Source of the DNA: Nemertoderma westbladi
Taxonomy: Eukaryota; Animalia; Xenacoelomorpha
Direction of reading: 5' to 3'
Assembly (NCBI GenBank): GCA_032718475.1
Contig: JAUCBJ010000616.1
Span: 1 to 48,589, forward strand
DNA length: 48,589 bases
How positions within the stretch are numbered: the stretch's first letter is position 1; each line of letters opens with the position of its first letter. Below are positions 38,501 through 48,589 of this stretch, piece by piece. The notes under the pieces were generated by a model. It saw only the letters and a program-made list of their open reading frames with translations. It searched no databases and was not told the DNA's origin. Both the position numbers and the translations under genes were made by a program.

Positions 38501-40043
38501 AGAGTGGCGTCTCAATAAGTGGAAGTCTGATCGGAGAGTGACGTCTCAATAAGTGGAAGTCTGATCGGAGAGTGACGTCTCAATAAGTGGAAGACTGATC
38601 GGAGAGTGACGTCTCAATAAGTGGAAGACTGATCGGAGAGTGACGTCTCAATAAGTGGAAGTCTGATCGGAGAGTGACGTCTCAATAAGTGGAAGTCTGA
38701 TCGGAGAGTGACGTCTCAATAAGTGGAAGACTGATCGGAGAGTGACGTCTCAATAAGTGGAAGACTGATCGGAGAGTGACGTCTCAATAAGTGGAAGACT
38801 GATCGGAGAGTGACGTCTCAATAAGTGGAAGTCTGATCGGAGAGTGACGTCTCAATAAGTGGAAGACTGATCGGAGAGTGACGTCTCAATAAGTGGAAGT
38901 CTGATCGGAGAGTGACGTCTCAATAAGTGGAAGACTGATCGGAGAGTGACGTCTCAATAAGTGGAAGTCTGATCGGAGAGTGACGTCTCAATAAGTGGAA
39001 GACTGATCGGAGAGTGACGTCTCAATAAGTGGAAGACTGATCGGAGAGTGACGTCTCAATAAGTGGAAGTCTGATCGGAGAGTGACGGACAGTCTGATCG
39101 GAGAGTGACGTCTCAATAAGTGGAAGTCTGATCGGAGAGTGACGGACAGTCTGATCGGAGAGTGGCGTCTCAATAAGTGGAAGTCTGATCGGAGAGTGAC
39201 GTCTCAATAAGTGGAAGTCTGATCGGAGAGTGACGTCTCAATAAGTGGAAGACTGATCGGAGAGTGGCGTCTCAATAAGTGGAAGTCTGATCGGAGAGTG
39301 ACGTCTCAATAAGTGGAAGACTGATCGGAGAGTGACGTCTCAATAAGTGGAAGTCTGATCGGAGAGTGACGTCTCAATAAGTGGAAGTCTGATCGGAGAG
39401 TGACGTCTCAATAAGTGGAAGACTGATCGGAGAGTGACGTCTCAATAAGTGGAAGACTGATCGGAGAGTGACGTCTCAATAAGTGGAAGACTGATCGGAG
39501 AGTGACGTCTCAATAAGTGGAAGTCTGATCGGAGAGTGACGTCTCAATAAGTGGAAGTCTGATCGGAGAGTGACGTCTCAATAAGTGGAAGACTGATCGG
39601 AGAGTGACGTCTCAATAAGTGGAAGACTGATCGGAGAGTGACGTCTCAATAAGTGGAAGTCTGATCGGAGAGTGACGTCTCAATAAGTGGAAGTCTGATC
39701 GGAGAGTGACGTCTCAATAAGTGGAAGACTGATCGGAGAGTGACGTCTCAATAAGTGGAAGACTGATCGGAGAGTGACGTCTCAATAAGTGGAAGACTGA
39801 TCGGAGAGTGACGTCTCAATAAGTGGAAGTCTGATCGGAGAGTGACGTCTCAATAAGTGGAAGTCTGATCGGAGAGTGACGTCTCAATAAGTGGAAGACT
39901 GATCGGAGAGTGACGTCTCAATAAGTGGAAGACTGATCAGAGAGTGACGTCTCAATAAGTGGAAGACTGATCGGAGAGTGACGTCTCAATAAGTGGAAGT
40001 CTGATCGGAGAGTGGCGGACAGTCTGATCGGACAATGGCGTCT
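35517..40043. repeat. 34-bp minisatellite CTCAATAAGTGGAAG(T/A)CTGATCGGAGAGTGACGT, ~133 copies, with occasional 22-bp short units
   Basis: Period measured 35521->35555. Short units containing gacggacagtctgatc recur near 36125, 37680, 38005, 38065, 38425, 38485, 39085 and 39140. Confidence 0.98.
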
Positions 40044-40255
40044 ACACCCGTAGTATGTAAGACGAGCACGGGCAAATTACAAACGTGACCAGTTACGAAA
40101 TCGTGACGTCCCGAAATTTGAACAGTTAAGTAGGGAGGTGATTTTCACCCAATTCTAGGGTCCAGAGACACAAAAATGTGAGGTCCAATCTGGGGGTGCT
40201 ACACCCCCCCCCCCCCCCCCCCCACCTCCCCCTTAATTCGATAGTTAGTAATTAC

Positions 40256-40365
40256 CTTGCGGAATCGTTCGGAATTGGTTTGGGTATCGGAAGTGGGCCG
40301 CTGGGCGGCGAGATATGAGCTGGGAGATGGAACTCGTTGTACCGGGTGTTTAACGGAGGGGCCAC
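40256..40365 (-). CDS. Coding exon 2; (R)GPSVKHPVQRVPSPSSYLAAQRPTSDTQTNSERFRK
   Basis: Acceptor ctttatttgtgtctcgttgcag| at 40367-40366; donor AAG|gtaatt at 40255. 110 nt, phase 1/0. Confidence 0.88.
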
Positions 40366-40463
40366 CTGCAACGAGACACAAATAAAGTTGGAGCAAAAAT
40401 TCAATGAATAAACAAAAATAAAGTTAAATCAGCCAGAGTCTAAAGTCCCGAAAGAAAACTTAC

Positions 40464-40720
40464 GTAATCTCTTGTCGGTAGCGGTCGGAAAAACTCGTCC
40501 TTGGTAATGCCGAGATGACCCGTTAGAGATGTCCTGTCGCCATGACAACTCGCCCGTATCAGGTCGGGTTGGGTCGTAGGAGTAGCCAATGGGACCGTGG
40601 TTAATGGAAGATGGTAAACCAGCCGTATGGTAGGTACGGTAGGGAGTGCAATCAACCAATGGGGGGTGCTGGCGTCGCAATGAGTTGTAACGAATCATAT
40701 TGGCCGTGTAATCATCAATC
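40464..40720 (-). CDS. Coding exon 1 (first visible); IDDYTANMIRYNSLRRQHPPLVD...FPTATDKRL
   Basis: Acceptor atatttttttctatag| at 40722-40721; donor TAC|gtaagt at 40463. 257 nt, phase 2/1, followed by a 98-bp repeat-free intron. Confidence 0.85.
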
Positions 40721-40728
40721 CTATAGAA

Positions 40729-43700
40729 AAAAATATATTGGTTGAGCTCTCTACACTACTGGGTAATCAAACAAATATATTGGTTGAGCTCTCTACACTA
40801 CTGGGTAATCAAACAAATATATTGGTTGAGCTCTCTACACTACTGGATAATCAAACAAATATATTGGTTGAGCTCTCTACACTACTTGGTAATCAAACAA
40901 ATATATTGGTTGAGCTCTCTACACTACTGGGTAATCAAACAAATATATTGGTTGAGCTCTCTACACTACTGGATAATCAAACAAATATATTGGTTGAGCT
41001 CTCTACACTACTGGGTAATCAAACAAATATATTGGTTGAGCTCTCTACACTATTGGGAGATCAAACAAATATATTGGTTGAGCTCTCTACACTACTGGGT
41101 AATCAAACAAATATATTGGTTGAGCTCTCTACACTACTGGGTAATCAAACAAATATATTGGTTGAGCTCTCTACACTATTGGGAGATCAAACAAATATAT
41201 TGGTTGAGCTCTCTACACTACTGGGTAATCAAACAAATATATTGGTTGAGCTCTCTACACTACTGGGTAATCAAACAAATATATTGGTTGAGCTCTCTAC
41301 ACTACTGGATAATCAAACAAATATATTGGTTGAGCTCTCTACACTACTGGGTAATCAAACAAATATATTGGTTGAGCTCTCTACACTATTGGGAGATCAA
41401 ACAAATATATTGGTTGAGCTCTCTACACTACTGGGTAATCAAACAAATATATTGGTTGAGCTCTCTACACTACTGGGTAATCAAACAAATATATTGGTTG
41501 AGCTCTCTACACTATTGGGAGATCAAACAAATATATTGGTTGAGCTCTCTACACTACTGGGTAATCAAACAAATATATTGGTTGAGCTCTCTACACTACT
41601 GGATAATCAAACAAATATATTGGTTGAGCTCTCTACACTACTGGGTAATCAAACAAATATATTGGTTGAGCTCTCTACACTATTGGGAGATCAAACAAAT
41701 ATATTGGTTGAGCTCTCTACACTACTGGGTAATCAAACAAATATATTGGTTGAGCTCTCTACACTACTGGGTAATCAAACAAATATATTGGTTGAGCTCT
41801 CTACACTATTGGGAGATCAAACAAATATATTGGTTGAGCTCTCTACACTACTGGGTAATCAAACAAATATATTGGTTGAGCTCTCTACACTACTTTGTAA
41901 TCAAACAAATATATTGGTTGAGCTCTCTACACTACTGGGTAATCAAACAAATATATTGGTTGAGCTCTCTACACTACTGGGTAATCAAACAAATATATTG
42001 GTTGAGCTCTCTACACTACTGGATAATCAAACAAATATATTGGTTGAGCTCTCTACACTACTGGGTAATCAAACAAATATATTGGTTGAGCTCTCTACAC
42101 TACTGGGTAATCAAACAAATATATTGGTTGAGCTCTCTACACTACTGGGTAATCAAACAAATATATTGGTTGAGCTCTCTACACTACTGGATAATCAAAC
42201 AAATATATTGGTTGAGCTCTCTACACTACTGGATAATCAAACAAATATATTGGTTGAGCTCTCTGCACTACTTGGTAATCAAACAAATATATTGGTTGAG
42301 CTCTCTACACTACTGGGTAATCAAACAAATATATTGGTTGAGCTCTCTACACTACTTTGTAATCAAACAAATATATTGGTTGAGCTCTCTACACTACTGG
42401 ATAATCAAACAAATATATTGGTTGAGCTCTCTGCACTACTTGGTAATCAAACAAATATATTGGTTGAGCTCTCTACACTACTGGGTAATCAAACAAATAT
42501 ATTGGTTGAGCTCTCTACACTACTGGGTAATCAAACAAATATATTGGTTGAGCTCTCTGCACTACTTGGTAATCAAACAAATATATTGGTTGAGCTCTCT
42601 ACACTACTGGGTAATCAAACAAATATATTGGTTGAGCTCTCTACACTACTTGGTATTCAAACAAATATATTGGTTGAGCTCTCTACACTACTGGGTAATC
42701 AAACAAATATATTGGTTGAGCTCTCTACACTACTTGGTAATCAAACAAATATATTGGTTGAGCTCTCTACACTACTTGGTAATCAAACAAATATATTGGT
42801 TGAGCTCTCTACACTACTTGGGTAGATCAAACAAATATATTGGTTGAGCTCTCTACACTACTGGGTAATCAAACAAATATATTGGTTGAGCTCTCTACAC
42901 TACTGGGTAATCAAACAAATATATTGGTTGAGCTCTCTACACTACTTGGTAATCAAACAAATATATTGGTTGAGCTCTCTACACTACTGGGTAATCAAAC
43001 AAATATATTGGTTGAGCTCTCTACACTACTGGGTAATCAAACAAATATATTGGTTGAGCTCTCTACACTACTGGATAATCAAACAAATATATTGGTTGAG
43101 CTCTCTACACTACTGGGTAATCAAACAAATATATTGGTTGAGCTCTCTACACTACTTGGTAATCAAACAAATATATTGGTTGAGCTCTCTACACTACTTG
43201 GTAATCAAACAAATATATTGGTTGAGCTCTCTACACTACTGGATAATCAATCAAATATATTGGTTGAGCTCTCTACACTACTGGGTAATCAAACAAATAT
43301 ATTGGTTGAGCTCTCTACACTACTTGGGTAATCAAACAAATATATTGGTTGAGCTCTCTACACTACTTGGTAATCAAACAAATATATTGGTTGAGCTCTC
43401 TACACTACTTGGTAATCAAACAAATATATTGGTTGAGCTCTCTACACTACTGGATAATCAATCAAATATATTGGTTGAGCTCTCTACACTACTGGGTAAT
43501 CAAACAAATATATTGGTTGAGCTCTCTACACTACTGGATAATCAAACAAATATATTGGTTGAGCTCTCTACACTACTGGATAATCAAACAAATATATTGG
43601 TTGAGCTCTCTACACTACTGGATAATCAAACAAATATATTGGTTGAGCTCTCTACACTACTTGGTAATCAAACAAATATATTGGTTGAGCTCTCTACACT

Positions 43701-46700
43701 ACTTGGTAATCAAACAAATATATTGGTTGAGCTCTCTACACTACTGGGTAATCAAACAAATATATTGGTTGAGCTCTCTACACTACTGGGTAATCAAACA
43801 AATATATTGGTTGAGCTCTCTACACTACTGGATAATCAAACAAATATATTGGTTGAGCTCTCTACACTACTGGATAATCAAACAAATATATTGGTTGAGC
43901 TCTCTACACTACTTGGTAATCAAACAAATATATTGGTTGAGCTCTCTACACTACTTGGTAATCAAACAAATATATTGGTTGAGCTCTCTACACTACTGGG
44001 TAATCAAACAAATATATTGGTTGAGCTCTCTACACTACTGGATAATCAATCAAATATATTGGTTGAGCTCTCTACACTACTGGGTAATCAAACAAATATA
44101 TTGGTTGAGCTCTCTACACTACTGGATAATCAAACAAATATATTGGTTGAGCTCTCTACACTACTGGGTAATCAAACAAATATATTGGTTGAGCTCTCTA
44201 CACTACTGGGTAATCAAACAAATATATTGGTTGAGCTCTCTACACTACTGGATAATCAAACAAATATATTGGTTGAGCTCTCTACACTACTGGGTAATCA
44301 AACAAATATATTGGTTGAGCTCTCTACACTACTGGGTAATCAAACAAATATATTGGTTGAGCTCTCTACACTACTGGGTAATCAAACAAATATATTGGTT
44401 GAGCTCTCTACACTACTTGGTAATCAAACAAATATATTGGTTGAGCTCTCTACACTATTGGGAGATCAAACAAATATATTGGTTGAGCTCTCTACACTAC
44501 TGGGTAATCAAACAAATATATTGGTTGAGCTCTCTACACTACTGGGTAATCAAACAAATATATTGGTTGAGCTCTCTACACTACTTGGGTAATCAAACAA
44601 ATATATTGGTTGAGCTCTCTACACTACTGGGTAATCAAACAAATATATTGGTTGAGCTCTCTACACTACTGGGTAATCAAACAAATATATTGGTTGAGCT
44701 CTCTACACTACTGGGTAATCAAACAAATATATTGGTTGAGCTCTCTACACTACTGGGTAGATCAAACAAATATATTGGTTGAGCTCTCTACACTACTGGG
44801 TAATCAAACAAATATATTGGTTGAGCTCTCTACACTACTGGGTAATCAAACAAATATATTGGTTGAGCTCTCTACACTACTGGGTAATCAAACAAATATA
44901 TTGGTTGAGCTCTCTACACTACTGGGTAATCAAACAAATATATTGGTTGAGCTCTCTACACTACTTGGTAATCAAACAAATATATTGGTTGAGCTCTCTA
45001 CACTACTGGGTAATCAAACAAATATATTGGTTGAGCTCTCTACACTACTGGGTAATCAAACAAATATATTGGTTGAGCTCTCTACACTACTGGATAATCA
45101 AACAAATATATTGGTTGAGCTCTCTACACTACTGGGTAATCAAACAAATATATTGGTTGAGCTCTCTACACTACTGGGTAATCAAACAAATATATTGGTT
45201 GAGCTCTCTACACTACTGGGTAATCAAACAAATATATTGGTTGAGCTCTCTACACTACTGGATAATCAAACAAATATATTGGTTGAGCTCTCTACACTAC
45301 TGGATAATCAAACAAATATATTGGTTGAGCTCTCTACACTACTTGGTAATCAAACAAATATATTGGTTGAGCTCTCTACACTACTGGGTAATCAAACAAA
45401 TATATTGGTTGAGCTCTCTACACTACTGGGTAATCAAACAAATATATTGGTTGAGCTCTCTACACTACTTGGTAATCAAACAAATATATTGGTTGAGCTC
45501 TCTACACTACTGGGTAATCAAACAAATATATTGGTTGAGCTCTCTACACTACTTGGTAATCAAACAAATATATTGGTTGAGCTCTCTACACTACTTGGTA
45601 ATCAAACAAATATATTGGTTGAGCTCTCTACACTACTTGGTAATCAAACAAATATATTGGTTGAGCTCTCTACACTACTGGGTAATCAAACAAATATATT
45701 GGTTGAGCTCTCTACACTACTGGGTAATCAAACAAATATATTGGTTGAGCTCTCTACACTACTTGGTAATCAAACAAATATATTGGTTGAGCTCTCTACA
45801 CTACTTGGTAATCAAACAAATATATTGGTTGAGCTCTCTACACTACTTGGTAATCAAACAAATATATTGGTTGAGCTCTCTACACTACTGGGTAATCAAA
45901 CAAATATATTGGTTGAGCTCTCTACACTACTTGGTAATCAAACAAATATATTGGTTGAGCTCTCTACACTACTGGGTAATCAAACAAATATATTGGTTGA
46001 GCTCTCTACACTACTGGGTAATCAAACAAATATATTGGTTGAGCTCTCTACACTACTTGGTAATCAAACAAATATATTGGTTGAGCTCTCTACACTACTG
46101 GGTAATCAAACAAATATATTGGTTGAGCTCTCTACACTACTTGGTAATCAAACAAATATATTGGTTGAGCTCTCTACACTACTTGGTAATCAAACAAATA
46201 TATTGGTTGAGCTCTCTACACTACTTGGTAATCAAACAAATATATTGGTTGAGCTCTCTACACTACTGGATAATCAAACAAATATATTGGTTGAGCTCTC
46301 TACACTACTTGGTAATCAAACAAATATATTGGTTGAGCTCTCTACACTACTGGGTAATCAAACAAATATATTGGTTGAGCTCTCTACACTACTGGGTAAT
46401 CAAACAAATATATTGGTTGAGCTCTCTACACTACTTGGTAATCAAACAAATATATTGGTTGAGCTCTCTACACTACTGGGTAATCAAACAAATATATTGG
46501 TTGAGCTCTCTACACTACTTGGTAATCAAACAAATATATTGGTTGAGCTCTCTACACTACTTGGTATTCAAACAAATATATTGGTTGAGCTCTCTACACT
46601 ATTGGGAGATCAAACAAATATATTGGTTGAGCTCTCTACACTACTGGGTAATCAAACAAATATATTGGTTGAGCTCTCTACACTACTGGGTAATCAAACA

Positions 46701-48589
46701 AATATATTGGTTGAGCTCTCTACACTACTTGGTAATCAAACAAATATATTGGTTGAGCTCTCTACACTACTGGGTAATCAAACAAATATATTGGTTGAGC
46801 TCTCTACACTACTGGGTAATCAAACAAATATATTGGTTGAGCTCTCTACACTACTGGATAATCAAACAAATATATTGGTTGAGCTCTCTACACTACTGGG
46901 TAATCAAACAAATATATTGGTTGAGCTCTCTACACTATTGGGTAATCAAACAAATATATTGGTTGAGCTCTCTACACTACTGGGTAATCAAACAAATATA
47001 TTGGTTGAGCTCTCTACACTACTTGGTAATCAAACAAATATATTGGTTGAGCTCTCTACACTACTTGGTAATCAAACAAATATATTGGTTGAGCTCTCTA
47101 CACTACTGGATAATCAATCAAATATATTGGTTGAGCTCTCTACACTACTTGGTAATCAAACAAATATATTGGTTGAGCTCTCTACACTACTGGATAATCA
47201 AACAAATATATTGGTTGAGCTCTCTACACTACTTGGTAATCAAACAAATATATTGGTTGAGCTCTCTACACTACTTGGTAATCAAACAAATATATTGGTT
47301 GAGCTCTCTACACTACTGGATAATCAATCAAATATATTGGTTGAGCTCTCTACACTACTGGGTAATCAAACAAATATATTGGTTGAGCTCTCTACACTAC
47401 TGGATAATCAAACAAATATATTGGTTGAGCTCTCTACACTACTGGATAATCAAACAAATATATTGGTTGAGCTCTCTACACTACTGGATAATCAAACAAA
47501 TATATTGGTTGAGCTCTCTGCACTACTTGGTAATCAAACAAATATATTGGTTGAGCTCTCTACACTACTTGGTAATCAAACAAATATATTGGTTGAGCTC
47601 TCTACACTACTGGGTAATCAAACAAATATATTGGATGAGCTCTCTACACTACTGGGTAATCAAACAAATATATTGGTTGAGCTCTCTACACTACTGGATA
47701 ATTAAACAAATATATTGGTTGAGCTCTCTACACTACTGGATAATCAAACAAATATATTGGTTGAGCTCTCTACACTACTTGGTAATCAAACAAATATATT
47801 GGTTGAGCTCTCTACACTACTTGGTAATCAAACAAATATATTGGTTGAGCTCTCTACACTACTGGGTAATCAAACAAATATATTGGTTGAGCTCTCTACA
47901 CTACTGGATAATCAATCAAATATATTGGTTGAGCTCTCTACACTACTGGGTAATCAAACAAATATATTGGTTGAGCTCTCTACACTACTGGATAATCAAA
48001 CAAATATATTGGTTGAGCTCTCTACACTACTGGGTAATCAAACAAATATATTGGTTGAGCTCTCTACACTACTGGGTAATCAAACAAATATATTGGTTGA
48101 GCTCTCTACACTACTGGATAATCAAACAAATATATTGGTTGAGCTCTCTACACTACTGGGTAATCAAACAAATATATTGGTTGAGCTCTCTACACTACTG
48201 GATAATCAATCAAATATATTGGTTGAGCTCTCTACACTACTGGGTAATCAAACAAATATATTGGTTGAGCTCTCTACACTACTGGGTAATTAAACAAATA
48301 TATTGGTTGAGCTCTCTACACTATTGGGAGATCAAACAAATATATTGGTTGAGCTCTCTACACTACTGGGTAATCAAACAAATATATTGGTTGAGCTCTC
48401 TACACTACTGGGTAATCAAACAAATATATTGGTTGAGCTCTCTACACTATTGGGAGATCAAACAAATATATTGGTTGAGCTCTCTACACTACTGGGTAAT
48501 CAAACAAATATATTGGTTGAGCTCTCTACACTACTGGGTAATCAAACAAATATATTGGTTGAGCTCTCTACACTACTGGATAATCAAAC
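40729..48589. repeat. 42-bp satellite AAATATATTGGTTGAGCTCTCTACACTACTGGGTAATCAAAC, at least 187 copies, runs off the window end; intronic
   Basis: 42-bp period. Variation is concentrated in ctggg/cttgg/ctgga/ttggga, with a few 1-2 bp insertions near 42820, 43325, 44587 and 44760. Confidence 0.99.

Larger units (their letters stand above)
1383..40720 (-). other. Multi-exon protein-coding gene (internal part, six exons, ~443 aa visible); putative GSE1-like nuclear protein
   Basis: All five internal junctions are GT-AG and phase-compatible, and the spliced frame has no stop. The protein is low-complexity Ser/Pro/Arg-rich with K..FL..IGL and WPGL..VMESY motifs. The gene structure is well supported; the GSE1 identity is about 50% sure. 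Confidence 0.75.

Noticed and set aside
1592-40043. CRISPR array (repeat units of 27-49 bp, some palindromic)
   Set aside because: Units are head-to-tail with no unique spacers, there are no cas genes, and the context is spliceosomal.
40738-48293. (VELSTLLGNQTNIL)n ORFs resembling a leucine-rich repeat or coiled coil
   Set aside because: Translation of the 42-bp satellite. There is no ATG start, frameshifting indels are tolerated, and two frames are open.

Overview
This is eukaryotic (most likely invertebrate animal) genomic DNA, not a prokaryotic locus. About 80% of the window is tandem repeat. The non-repetitive islands contain six minus-strand coding exons (40720-40464, 40365-40256, 31412-31309, 26215-25782, 22576-22247, 1478-1383). 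All have canonical AG/GT boundaries and consecutively matching phases, and they splice into a stop-free 1331-nt (~443 aa) internal portion of one gene. Two short motifs suggest a GSE1 (genetic suppressor element 1)-like protein. Every intron larger than 100 bp carries one or two private minisatellites (units of 19, 32, 20, 27, 49, 20/21, 34 and 42 bp). The introns also hold a 5'-truncated but open non-LTR retrotransposon ORF2 inserted into the 49-bp array, a decayed LINE endonuclease region, a decayed LINE 3' fragment and a Penelope-like RT fragment. The most striking observations are: (i) the 20.7-kb 32-bp array is an amplification of the gene's own exon/intron junction, giving ~645 tandem consensus 5' splice sites behind an in-frame stop; (ii) the 34-bp array grew out of LINE ORF2 coding sequence. 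The many long ORFs in the ORF track over repeats are artefacts. Family assignments rest on motif recognition only; no searches were run.
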